Of a stretch of 64,000 bases of DNA, positions 30,061 to 40,144 are shown piece after piece (within the stretch, counting starts at the first letter, position 1; each line of letters opens with the position of its first letter). Made by a program: the position numbers and the translations under genes. This DNA comes from an uncultured delta proteobacterium (GTDB taxonomy: Bacteria; Myxococcota; Myxococcia; Myxococcales; Anaeromyxobacteraceae): positions 256,001 to 320,000 of the forward strand of contig CAWJSR010000029.1 of the NCBI GenBank assembly GCA_963845515.1. Reading direction: 5' to 3'. The notes under the pieces are model-generated. The model worked only from the letters and a program-made list of their open reading frames with translations. It was not told where the DNA came from and ran no database searches.

Positions 30061-30983
30061 CGGCCGCCCCCCTGCCACCAGGCGGTGAGGAAGAGCGCGA
30101 CGAAGGCCGACGCACCTGCGACGAAGACGTACTGCGGGACCGCCCTCATCCTGAAGCGCGCGACGAGCGACTCGACGGTGCCGACCGCGACCGCGACGCC
30201 CGCGGTCAGCGCGACGTTCGCCGCCGCGGAGAGCCACGGTCCGGACGCGTGGAGGGGGTTCACGAGGGCCGCCACGAGCGACGCGCTGATGGTGAGCTTC
30301 ATGGCGGCCGAGTACTGGAGCGCCGCCAGCTCCGGCCCTGCGTGATCCAGGATCATCACCTCGTGGATCATCGTCAGCTCCAGGTGAGTCGTCGGGTCGT
30401 CGACCGGCACGCGCGCAGACTCGACCTGCATCACGATGAAGAGCGCCACGAGGCAGCCGAGGACTATCAAGGTCCGGGTCGGGCCGTGCGGCCCGAGCGC
30501 GAGCAGCTCCGCGAAGGACGCGCGCCCGGTGGCGGCCGCGAGCGTGCCCAGCGCGAGGAAGAGCGCCGGCTCTGCGAGCGCCCCGAAGGTCGCCTCGCGG
30601 CTCGCCCCCATCCCCTCGAAGGAGCTGCCGGTGTCCAGCGCCGCGAGGGTCATGGCCATGCGGCCGAGCCCCCAGAGGTAGGCGAAGATCACGAAGTCGT
30701 ACGGGAACGAGAACGGCGCGAAGCCACCGAGCAGCGGCACGACCATGCCGGAGACCAGGGTGCTCGCGAGGAGGACGAGCGGCCCAAGCCGGAAGACCTG
30801 GGTCGTGACGTTCGAGTAGACGGGCACCTTCCGGAGCAGCCTGAGCAGGTCCGAGCCCGTCTGAAGGAGCCGGGGGCCTTTCCGCCCGGCCCAGCGCGCC
30901 TTGGTCCGGTTGATGATCCCGGCGAGCGGGATCGGGAGGAGCAGCAGCACCGCTGCGTGCACGATGATCAGCGAAGCGCTCAC
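30057..30983 (-). CDS. ehrB: Ehr membrane subunit (NuoH/HycD/HyfC-like, operon 1)
   Basis: KAR.AGRKGP.LLQ...DL.RLL.K, AALDTGSSFEGMGASRE, AEPA, ESARVPVDDPTTHLELTMIHEVM. Confidence 0.9.
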   Translation of the reverse strand: MSASLIIVHAAVLLLLPIPLAGIINRTKARWAGRKGPRLLQTGSDLLRLLRKVPVYSNVTTQVFRLGPLVLLASTLVSGMVVPLLGGFAPFSFPYDFVIFAYLWGLGRMAMTLAALDTGSSFEGMGASREATFGALAEPALFLALGTLAAATGRASFAELLALGPHGPTRTLIVLGCLVALFIVMQVESARVPVDDPTTHLELTMIHEVMILDHAGPELAALQYSAAMKLTISASLVAALVNPLHASGPWLSAAANVALTAGVAVAVGTVESLVARFRMRAVPQYVFVAGASAFVALFLTAWWQGGGR

Positions 30984-32974
30984 CGGATCCCCACAGTGCT
31001 CGCGAGCAGGATCCCGATCATCGCGATGAGCACCACCAGCCCGGCGGCGAGCGAGAATCGCGGCTCCACCGGGATGCGCCTGGAGGCGCTCGCCACCGTG
31101 TCGTCACCCTCCCCGAGCACCTCGAACATGCGGCGCTCGACCGCGTCGACGCAGGTCGTCTCGAGCTTGCCTCGCCCATCGGGGAACGGACCGCGCGGGA
31201 GCCGCTCGCGCCTGAGGTGAGGAAGGACCGCGAACGTGATCTCCGCGAGCTGCGCCGAGAAGGAGGCACCTGTGTACTGCATCCGCGGCGTCGGCGCCCC
31301 GTAGCCGCAGCCCCAGGTCACGTGGCGCGGCGCGGCCTCGCCGCGGGACAGCCAGCGGCGCGCGAGGAACAGCGCCCCGAAGACGAGCAGGACGGCCAGC
31401 GCGATCCGCGCGACGGGCGCCACGAGGCTGATCGCCTCGGTGGCGGCGGCGCCAGGGACGCCGCCCGCCAGGAAGAGCCGCACCGGCTGGTCGACCACGG
31501 CGAGCCCCACCGCAGGCACGAAGCCGACGAGCACGACCCCCAGCGCGTGGAGCGCCATCGGGACCTGCAGGTGGCCGCCGACCTCGCCCTCGCAGTGGAC
31601 GGTGGCGTCGCGCGGCATCCCGAGGAAGGCGAGCCCGAAGGCGCGCGTCATCGAGAGCGCGGAGACGCCGCCCACGAAGGCGAGCAGCGCGGCGACCGCG
31701 ACCAGGAGGGCGCGCTCGATCCCGGCCGGCGCCGCCGGGCTCAGCAGCCCCGCGTAGATGACGAACTCGCTCACGAAGCCGTTGAACGGGGGCAGCGCCG
31801 AGATGGCGAGGCCGCCGAGCAGGAAGAAGGCGCCGGTCCAGGGCATGCGGCGCAGGAGCCCGCCGAGCCGCTCGAGATCGACCGTGTGCGTCGCCCGGTA
31901 GACGGCCCCCGCCGCGTAGAACAGCAGGCACTTGAAGAGCGCGTGGTTGAGGACGTGCAGGATCCCGCCGGTGAACCCGAGGGCGGCGAGCGCCGGCTGG
32001 TTCCACGCGAGCCCGAGGTAGCCGACGCCGAAGCCGATCCCGGCGATCCCGACGTTCTCGGTCGACGAGTAGCCGAGCAGCCGCTTCAGGTCCCGCTGCG
32101 CGCTCGTGTAGAGGACGCCGATGAACGCGGAGAGCGCCGAGAAGCCCAGCAGGTACCAGCCCATCCATGGCTCGGGCGTGCCGATGAGCAGCGTGACGCG
32201 GAGGAGGCCGAAGAGCCCCGCCTTGTGGATCACGCCGGACATCAGGGCGGAGACGTGCGCCGGCGCCGCGGCGTGCGCGCGAGGGAGCCAGGTGTGGAAC
32301 GGGAAGAAGGCCGACTTGAGGCCGAAGGAGGTGACGAGCAGCACGAAGGTGACGTTCCGCAGCTGGCTGGGCTGGCGGAGGAAGACCTCGAAGGACTGGA
32401 AGTCCATCGACCCGACCTGGCTGTGCATCACCATGAAGGCGGCGAGGAGGAAGAAGAGGCCGACGTGGGTCGAGACCAGGTAGTTGAACCCCGCGAACCG
32501 GATCTTCTGGTTCCGGTACTCCCACACGACGAGGAGCCATGCGGCGACCGCTGCGATCTCCCACCCCAGCAGGAAGGCGAACGCGCTCTCCAGCGTGTAG
32601 ACCATCACGAACGAGAGGGAGATCACGTTCAGGAGCGCGAACTGCACACCCGCGTTGCGCGCCTTGAACTGCGGGCGGAGGTAGCCGAACGCGTAGATCG
32701 TCCCGAGCAGGGTCATCGGGAGCGACCAGGCCAGGAAGAAGGCCGAGAGCGCGTCGAGGTGGAGCGCGATGCTCTCCACCGGGTAGGACCAGCGGACCGC
32801 GAGCCGGAGCTCGCCGCCGCCGGAGAGGTACGGGAGGACGCCGGCGAGGATGAAGGCGGACGCGACCGCCTGCGACACGATGCTCGCCCATCCACGCTGG
32901 ACGTTGTTGCGAAGGGTGAGCGCCAGCACGGCACCCGCCATGAGCGCGATGGCGCCCGCTCCCATCAGGCGCAC
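30980..32974 (-). CDS. ehrA: Ehr antiporter-like subunit (HyfB/MrpD-like, operon 1)
   Basis: FL..WE, K..FFPFHTWLPRAHAAAPAHVSALMSG, DLKRLLGYSSTENVG, NHALFKCLLF, LGGL..RMP, PPFNGFVSE, TWGCGY..PTPRMQYT; SD GGAGG. Confidence 0.9.
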   Translation of the reverse strand: MRLMGAGAIALMAGAVLALTLRNNVQRGWASIVSQAVASAFILAGVLPYLSGGGELRLAVRWSYPVESIALHLDALSAFFLAWSLPMTLLGTIYAFGYLRPQFKARNAGVQFALLNVISLSFVMVYTLESAFAFLLGWEIAAVAAWLLVVWEYRNQKIRFAGFNYLVSTHVGLFFLLAAFMVMHSQVGSMDFQSFEVFLRQPSQLRNVTFVLLVTSFGLKSAFFPFHTWLPRAHAAAPAHVSALMSGVIHKAGLFGLLRVTLLIGTPEPWMGWYLLGFSALSAFIGVLYTSAQRDLKRLLGYSSTENVGIAGIGFGVGYLGLAWNQPALAALGFTGGILHVLNHALFKCLLFYAAGAVYRATHTVDLERLGGLLRRMPWTGAFFLLGGLAISALPPFNGFVSEFVIYAGLLSPAAPAGIERALLVAVAALLAFVGGVSALSMTRAFGLAFLGMPRDATVHCEGEVGGHLQVPMALHALGVVLVGFVPAVGLAVVDQPVRLFLAGGVPGAAATEAISLVAPVARIALAVLLVFGALFLARRWLSRGEAAPRHVTWGCGYGAPTPRMQYTGASFSAQLAEITFAVLPHLRRERLPRGPFPDGRGKLETTCVDAVERRMFEVLGEGDDTVASASRRIPVEPRFSLAAGLVVLIAMIGILLASTVGIR

Positions 32975-33041
32975 GAACGCCTCCAGCTGCGCGATCCCGC
33001 GTCGGCCATGCCTGGCTTCATCGATCCCTGCTCCATCGCGA

Positions 33042-33434
33042 TCACGTGCCCCTCAGCCCCAGGACGACCTCGACCGACCGGCCGAGCGCCTCCGGGAGCA
33101 GCGGTCGCCGCAGCACGCCGACCCCGCTCCGCTCCCAGCCGGCCGGCTCCTCGGCCTGCCGGTTCCGGATGACGAGGACGGGCAGGTCAGGCCGCACCTT
33201 CTCCCTCGACGCGAGCAGCTCGCTCACGGCGGCAGCCGGCAGCTCCGGCGCGGCGATGAGGAGCGCGACCGTGCGTTCGCGCAGCGCCTGGACCGCCTCG
33301 TCGACCGTGCCCGCATAGAGCACCCGGAAGTCGGCGCGCGCCTCCAGCCCTGCGAAGAGCTCACCTCGATCCGCCGCTGCCGGGGCAACGACTAGCAGCG
33401 GACGGGCGCGTGGTGGTTGGGAGCGTGAGGGCAC
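33042..33434 (-). CDS. Stand-alone degenerate (pseudo-)receiver protein, first gene of Ehr operon 1
   Basis: Receiver topology (LLVV..F.V..A.T..EA...L..RPDLPVLVI..VLRRP) with no acidic pocket, phospho-Asp or Lys. Confidence 0.65.
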   Translation of the reverse strand: MPSRSQPPRARPLLVVAPAAADRGELFAGLEARADFRVLYAGTVDEAVQALRERTVALLIAAPELPAAAVSELLASREKVRPDLPVLVIRNRQAEEPAGWERSGVGVLRRPLLPEALGRSVEVVLGLRGT

Positions 33435-33453
33435 GGGTACCGTCGGCCGGCAT

Positions 33454-33469
33454 AGCAGGAACCGGGCCA
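33454..33469 (-). promoter_or_regulatory. sigma54 -24/-12 promoter for Ehr operon 1
   Basis: Minus strand TGGCCCGGTTCCTGCT: GG-N10-GC, about 20 nt upstream of GTG 33434. Confidence 0.7.
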
Positions 33470-33547
33470 GCGCCCCTGACGGGGCCGAAGCGGCTGGATT
33501 TCGGCGCGCCGCGTCGCGGCCGCGCCAGTCGAGCGCGACTCATCCTG

Positions 33548-33562
33548 GTGCCGAATCGGCAC
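33548..33562. promoter_or_regulatory. Palindromic putative enhancer (UAS) GTGCCGAATCGGCAC
   Basis: Perfect 7-1-7 inverted repeat 78 nt upstream of the sigma54 element; related copies at 33576-33590 and 35028-35042. Confidence 0.65.
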
Positions 33563-33573
33563 ACGGCCCTCAC

Positions 33574-35001
33574 TCAGGCCGATTCGGCACGTCCGCCGTC
33601 CGGGAGGCCGTACTGCTTGAGCTTGGTGTAGAGCGTCCGGAGCCCTATTCCGAGCACCCGGGCCGCCTCGCGCTTGCTCCGGTGGCGGCGCAGCGTCGCG
33701 GTGATCAGCAGCCGCTCGGCCGCCTCCAGGGACGCGCCGACGGGGATGTTGACCACAGCCTCGTCGGCCGCCCGCCGCCCCTCCCACGCGGCGACGGGGA
33801 GCGATCGCTCGTACCGTCGCGCGAGGTCGGCGAAGCCGTCGGCCCCAACCGTCTGGCCAGTCGACAGGATCGCCGCGCTCTCCACGGCGTTCTTCAGCTC
33901 GCGGACGTTGCCGGGCCAGTCATGGGCCATCAGGAGCGTCAGCGCCTGCGGTGAGATCCCCTGGATCCTCCCGCCATGGCGCCGGTTGAAGTCGGCGATG
34001 AAGGTGTCGATGAGCGCTGGGATGTCCTCCTTCCGCTCGCGCAGCGGCGGGATCGTCAGCGTCACCACCTTGAGCCGGTAGTAGAGATCCTCGCGGAACT
34101 TGCCGGTCCTGATCGCCTCCTCGACGTCCCGGTTCGTCGCGGCCAGCACCGAGAGGTCGACCTGGACCTTCCCCGTCCCGCCCACGCGCCGGAACTCGTT
34201 CCGCTCGAGGACACGCAGCAGCTTGGCCTGCGTCGAAGGGTCCATCTCGCCGATCTCGTCGAGGAAGAGCGTGCCGCCGTCCGCGAGCTCGAAGAGCCCC
34301 TTCTTCCGCTCGTCGGCGCCGGTGAAGGCACCCCGCTCGTGGCCGAAGAGCTCGTTCTCCAGCAGCTCGCGCCCCAGCGTGGCGCAGTTGATGGGGACGA
34401 AGAGCTGCTGGCGGCGCGGACCGCGGGCGTGCAGCGCCCGCGCGATCAGCTCCTTGCCGCTCCCGCTCTCGCCCAGGATCAGGACGCTCGTCTTGTAGCG
34501 GGAGATCTTGTCGATCGTGGCGAGGACGCGCCGGATCGCGGGCGACGAGCCGACCAGCCCACCGAACGCCGCGGTCATCGCCGGGGGCGAGGCCGCCGCA
34601 GCAGCGGCCTCGCTCCGACCTCGCTGGAGGACCCGCCGGATGCGCGCGACGAGCGACTCGGCGTCGAACGGAGGGGCGAGGTAGTCGGCCGCCCCCTGTT
34701 GCATCGCGTCCACCGCCTCCTGCACCGTTCCGGCCGAGCCGAGCACGACCACCGGGACCTCCGGGTGCTGGTGACCGGCGCGCGCGACGACGCTGGAGGT
34801 GGCCACCGGCCCGAGCGCCTGGGCCACGAGCACCACCTCGAGCTGCTCGCCGTCGAGCGCCGCGAGCGCCTCCACCTCGGTGGCGCAGACGTGGACGTGG
34901 AAACCGGCCGCCGCCAGCGGGCGCGAGACGGCGGGGCCTCCCACGCCTGCAGGCTTCACGACGAGGCACCTGCGGTCGACCCCCGGGCTTCGGCTCTTCA
35001 T
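33574..35001 (-). CDS. sigma54-dependent enhancer-binding protein (NtrC family) with degenerate receiver
   Basis: GESGSGKE, ENELFGHERGAFTGA, LFLDEIGEM, ATNRD, FREDLYYRL, WPGNVREL, Fis HTH AARVLGIGLRTLYTKL; SD GGAGG before GTG/ATG 35004/35001. Confidence 0.92.
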   Translation of the reverse strand: MKSRSPGVDRRCLVVKPAGVGGPAVSRPLAAAGFHVHVCATEVEALAALDGEQLEVVLVAQALGPVATSSVVARAGHQHPEVPVVVLGSAGTVQEAVDAMQQGAADYLAPPFDAESLVARIRRVLQRGRSEAAAAAASPPAMTAAFGGLVGSSPAIRRVLATIDKISRYKTSVLILGESGSGKELIARALHARGPRRQQLFVPINCATLGRELLENELFGHERGAFTGADERKKGLFELADGGTLFLDEIGEMDPSTQAKLLRVLERNEFRRVGGTGKVQVDLSVLAATNRDVEEAIRTGKFREDLYYRLKVVTLTIPPLRERKEDIPALIDTFIADFNRRHGGRIQGISPQALTLLMAHDWPGNVRELKNAVESAAILSTGQTVGADGFADLARRYERSLPVAAWEGRRAADEAVVNIPVGASLEAAERLLITATLRRHRSKREAARVLGIGLRTLYTKLKQYGLPDGGRAESA

Positions 35002-35027
35002 CACGCCTCCGATGACGGGGCGATTCT

Positions 35028-35042
35028 GTGCCGTTTCGGCAC
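35028..35042. promoter_or_regulatory. Palindromic putative enhancer (UAS) GTGCCGTTTCGGCAC
   Basis: GTGCCG-N3-CGGCAC, 74 nt upstream of the second sigma54 element and just upstream of the activator's own start. Confidence 0.65.
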
Positions 35043-35116
35043 GCCTCGCAAGCCACTGAGCGGCCCGCCGGCGCCGGGGCCCAGTGCGGACGCGGGGTTC
35101 TCCCCCGTTGGACGGG

Positions 35117-35132
35117 TGGCCCGCTTCGTGCT
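35117..35132 (+). promoter_or_regulatory. sigma54 -24/-12 promoter for Ehr operon 2
   Basis: TGGCCCGCTTCGTGCT: GG-N10-GC, 14/16 identical to 33454-33469; ATG at 35155. Confidence 0.7.
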
Positions 35133-35154
35133 TTTGTTTCCGCCGAGTCAACCG

Positions 35155-37143
35155 ATGAGCGCGTCCCTGGTCCTCGCTTCGGTCCTCCTCACCTCCCTGA
35201 GCGGCGGCGCGGCCCTGGCCCTGCGCCGGAAACCGAAGGTGGCCCAGGGGCTCGCGACCGCGCTGCTCGTCACGGGCGCGGCCCTTGGGATCGCCGGAGC
35301 CCTGCTCTCGCTCGGCGGCCCGGCGCCCGCGTTCTCGGCGCACTGGGGAACGCCCGGGGGCTCGCTGTCGATCCGGGTGGACCCGCTCTCCGCCCTGTTC
35401 CTCCTGCCGATCCTGGGCGTCCCTGCGCTCGGCTCCATCTACGGGCTCGGCTACTGGCCGCAGGCGTCCCGCGGCGCCTCCTCCGTCCGGCTCCAGGTCT
35501 ACTTCGGGCTCGTGACCGGAGCCATGGCGCTCGTCTGCGTCAGCGCCAACGCCATCCTCTTCCTGGTGGCCTGGGAGGTGATGGCGCTCGCCGGCTTCCT
35601 CCTCGTCCTCACCGAGCACGAGAAGCCGGAGGCGCAGCGGGCCGCCTTCGTCTACCTCGCGGCCGCCCACGTCGGGAACCTGGCCCTCTTCGGGCTCTTC
35701 GCCCTCCTGGGGCGGCTCGCCGGCTCGTTCGAGTTCGCCGCCATGGCCGGCCTCCCTGGAGGTACGGCGGAGGCAGCCTGGATCTTCGCGCTCGCCCTCG
35801 GCGGCTTCGGCCTCAAGGCCGGCATCGTCCCGCTCCACTTCTGGCTCCCCGGAGCGCACGCCGCCGCGCCGAGCCACGTCTCGGCCGTCATGTCGGGGGT
35901 GCTGCTGAAGTCCGGCATCTACGGGATCCTGCGCGTCACCGGCTTCTTCGACGCGCCGCCGCCCGCGTGGGGCGCCACTCTCCTCGCGGCCGGCGCCGTG
36001 TCCGCCGTCCTCGGCGTCGGGTTCGCGCTGGCGCAGCACGACCTGAAGCGGCTGCTCGCCTACCACTCGGTCGAGAACATCGGGATCATCGCGATGGGCG
36101 CGGGGCTGGCGCTGCTGGGGCGGACCTACGACCAGCCGGCGCTCGTGGTCCTGGGCTTCGGCGGCGCCGTCCTCCACGTCCTGAACCACGCCACGTTCAA
36201 GGCGCTCCTCTTCTTCGGCGCGGGCGCGGTCCAGCACGCCACCGGGACGCGGGAGATCGATCACCTCGGCGGGCTCTCGCGCGCCATGCCCGTCACCGCC
36301 GCGCTCTTCCTCGTGGGCGCCACGGCCATCAGCGGCCTGCCGCCGCTCAACGGCTTCGCGTCGGAGTGGCTCGTCTACCTCGGCGCGATGCAGGCGTCCT
36401 TCGCTCCGGCAGCCTCGCCGCTCCAGTTCGCGCTCGTCGCCGTCCCGGCGCTCGCGCTCGTCGGCGGTCTCGCTGCGGCCTGCTTCGCGAAGGTCTTCGG
36501 GGCGGTCTTCCTCGGCCACGCGCGCTCCGACCACGCCGGCCACGCCCACGAGTCGCCGGCCTCGATGCTGATCCCGATGGCGATCCTCGCGACGGCCTGC
36601 GTGGCGATCGGCCTCGTGCCGGGGGCGCTCCTGCCGGCGCTCTCCGCCGCCGCCGCGGAGTGGGCGCGCCTCCCGAGCGGCCTCGTGGAGGATCTGACCG
36701 CCGGCGCCGTGCGGAGCGCCGCCCGCATCAGCCTCGTCGCCGCGGCGCTCCTCCTCGCGATCGGCGCCCTGGTCCTCTGGCGCAGGTCGCGCCTGCGCAC
36801 GCCGCAGCCGCTCGCGCCGACGTGGGGCTGCGGCTTCGCCCGCCCGACGCCGCGGATGCAGTACACCGGATCGTCCTTCGCCGACTCGCTCGTGCTGCGC
36901 TTCGGCTGGGTGTTCTTCCCCAAGACGCGCGTCGTCCTGCCCGCCGGCCCCTTTCCCCGCCACGCCTCCTTCGACTCGAGCGTCCCGGACACGGTGCTCG
37001 ACGTCGTGATCGTCCCGGCGTGCGGGCGCGGCGCCCGCGTCGCCGAGCGGGTCCGTGCCTACTTCATCGGACGCGTGCAGTTCCAGGCGCTCCTGGTGGT
37101 CCTGGGGCTCCTCACGCTCCTCGGCTGGTACGCGACCTGGTGA
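35155..37143 (+). CDS. ehrA: Ehr antiporter-like subunit (HyfB/MrpD-like, operon 2)
   Basis: FLVAWEVM, KAGIVPLHFWLPGAHAAAPSHVSAVMSG, DLKRLLAYHSVENIG, NHATFKALLF, PPLNGFASE, TWGCGF..PTPRMQYT. Confidence 0.9.
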   Translation: MSASLVLASVLLTSLSGGAALALRRKPKVAQGLATALLVTGAALGIAGALLSLGGPAPAFSAHWGTPGGSLSIRVDPLSALFLLPILGVPALGSIYGLGYWPQASRGASSVRLQVYFGLVTGAMALVCVSANAILFLVAWEVMALAGFLLVLTEHEKPEAQRAAFVYLAAAHVGNLALFGLFALLGRLAGSFEFAAMAGLPGGTAEAAWIFALALGGFGLKAGIVPLHFWLPGAHAAAPSHVSAVMSGVLLKSGIYGILRVTGFFDAPPPAWGATLLAAGAVSAVLGVGFALAQHDLKRLLAYHSVENIGIIAMGAGLALLGRTYDQPALVVLGFGGAVLHVLNHATFKALLFFGAGAVQHATGTREIDHLGGLSRAMPVTAALFLVGATAISGLPPLNGFASEWLVYLGAMQASFAPAASPLQFALVAVPALALVGGLAAACFAKVFGAVFLGHARSDHAGHAHESPASMLIPMAILATACVAIGLVPGALLPALSAAAAEWARLPSGLVEDLTAGAVRSAARISLVAAALLLAIGALVLWRRSRLRTPQPLAPTWGCGFARPTPRMQYTGSSFADSLVLRFGWVFFPKTRVVLPAGPFPRHASFDSSVPDTVLDVVIVPACGRGARVAERVRAYFIGRVQFQALLVVLGLLTLLGWYATW

Positions 37144-37147
37144 GACG

Positions 37148-38056
37148 ATGACCCTCACCCTCCTCCAGCTCCTCGCGTTCCTCCTCGGCGCCCCGCTCCT
37201 GCTCGGCGTGATCGGGCGGGTCAAGGCCACCTTCGCGGGGCGAACGGGTCCGCCGCTCCTCCAGCCGTACCGCGACCTCCTGCGGCTGGCGCGCAAGGGG
37301 GCGGTCTTCAGCAGGACCACCACGTGGGTCTTTCGCGCCGGCCCCGTCGTGGCGCTCGGCGCGACGCTCGCCGCCGGGCTGCTCCTCCCCCTCGGCGCGC
37401 CGGTGGCCCTGGTCCGCTTCGCCGGCGACTTCATCCTCTTCGCCTACCTGCTGGCGCTGGCACGCTTCGCGACCATCCTCGCCGCGCTCGACACCGGCTC
37501 CTCGTTCGAGGGGATGGGGTCGGCGCGGGAGGCGACCTACTCCGCCGTCGCCGAGCCCGCCCTCTTCCTGGGGCTGGTCTCGCTCGTGCGATCGACGGGG
37601 GCGCTCGACCTCTCCCACATGCTGGGGGCCAAGCTCCAGCCGGTCTGGTGGACCGACGGCCCCGCCCTGCTCCTCGTGGGGCTCGCCGTCTTCGTCGTGG
37701 CGCTCGCGGAGAACGCGCGCGTGCCGGTGGACGACCCGGCGACCCACCTCGAGCTGACGATGATCCACGAGGTGATGGTGCTCGACCACTCGGGCCCCGA
37801 CCTCGCGCTCATCCAGTATGGCGCGTCGCTGAAGCTCTACCTCTTCGGCGGCCTGGTCGTGCGGCTCGCGCTCGGTGCGCTCGCCGGCGATCCCTGGCTC
37901 GCCTTCGCCGCGTTCCTGGCAGGCCAGCTCCTCTTCGCGGTCGCGATCGGCTGCGTCGAGTCGACGATGGCCCGCCTCCGCCTGGTCCGCGTCCCGCAGC
38001 TCCTGATCGGCGCGTCGGCCCTCTCGGCCTTCGCACTCGTGCTGCTCCTGAGGTGA
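37148..38056 (+). CDS. ehrB: Ehr membrane subunit (NuoH/HycD/HyfC-like, operon 2)
   Basis: KA.FAGRTGPPLLQPYRDL, AALDTGSSFEGMGSARE, ENARVPVDDPATHLELTMIHEVM. Confidence 0.9.
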   Translation: MTLTLLQLLAFLLGAPLLLGVIGRVKATFAGRTGPPLLQPYRDLLRLARKGAVFSRTTTWVFRAGPVVALGATLAAGLLLPLGAPVALVRFAGDFILFAYLLALARFATILAALDTGSSFEGMGSAREATYSAVAEPALFLGLVSLVRSTGALDLSHMLGAKLQPVWWTDGPALLLVGLAVFVVALAENARVPVDDPATHLELTMIHEVMVLDHSGPDLALIQYGASLKLYLFGGLVVRLALGALAGDPWLAFAAFLAGQLLFAVAIGCVESTMARLRLVRVPQLLIGASALSAFALVLLLR

Positions 38057-38059
38057 CCG

Positions 38060-38707
38060 GTGAGGGCCTCCCTGGATCTCGTCCTCGTGCTGGTGGTCCT
38101 CGTGGACTTCTTCCTGCTCGCGTCCTCGCGCCCGAGGACCGGCATCCGCGCGGTCGCCACGCAGGGGGTGCTGCTGGCGATCCTCCCGGTGCTCCTGGCG
38201 GGTGGTGGGCTGCACGCGGTCCACGTGGTGGCGCTCGCGGCGGGAGCGCTGGTGGTGAAGGCGATCGTGATCCCGCTGCTCCTGACCTGGGCGATGCGCG
38301 AGTCGTCGGCGCGCCGCGAGCTGACCCCGATCGTCGGGTTCGCCTCCACCCTCTTCTTCGGGGCGCTCGGCGCAGCGGTCGCGTTCACCTGGGCCAGCGA
38401 CCTCCCGCTGCCCGTGCCGGGCAAGCACCCGCTGCTCGTTCCGACCGCGATCACCACCGGCTGGACCGGCCTGCTGCTCCTCATGACCCGCAGGAAGGCG
38501 ATGACGCAGGTGCTCGGCTTCCTCGTGCTGGAGAACGGGGTCTTCATCTTCGGGCAGCTGCTGTCCGACTTCATGCCGGTGATGGTGGAGGCGGGCGTGC
38601 TGCTCGACCTGCTCGCCGCGGTCTTCGTGATGGGGCTCGTGATGTTCGACCTCCAGCGCGCCTTCGCCTCCCTCGACACCACGCGACTCTCGTCGCTGAA
38701 GGACTGA
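38060..38707 (+). CDS. ehrC: Ehr membrane subunit (HyfE-like, operon 2)
   Basis: K.IVIP, TRRKAMTQVLGFLVLENG, MP.MVE.G.LLD motifs. Confidence 0.85.
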   Translation: MRASLDLVLVLVVLVDFFLLASSRPRTGIRAVATQGVLLAILPVLLAGGGLHAVHVVALAAGALVVKAIVIPLLLTWAMRESSARRELTPIVGFASTLFFGALGAAVAFTWASDLPLPVPGKHPLLVPTAITTGWTGLLLLMTRRKAMTQVLGFLVLENGVFIFGQLLSDFMPVMVEAGVLLDLLAAVFVMGLVMFDLQRAFASLDTTRLSSLKD

Positions 38708-38718
38708 GGACGACGCCC

Positions 38719-40143
<1,425 letters not shown>

Positions 40144-40144
40144 C

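Noticed and set aside
33574..37434. 1286-aa minus ORF and 1055-aa plus ORF as giant overlapping genes
   Set aside because: These are shadow extensions. Real similarity covers only 33574-35001 (minus) and 35155-37143 (plus), and promoters lie between them.
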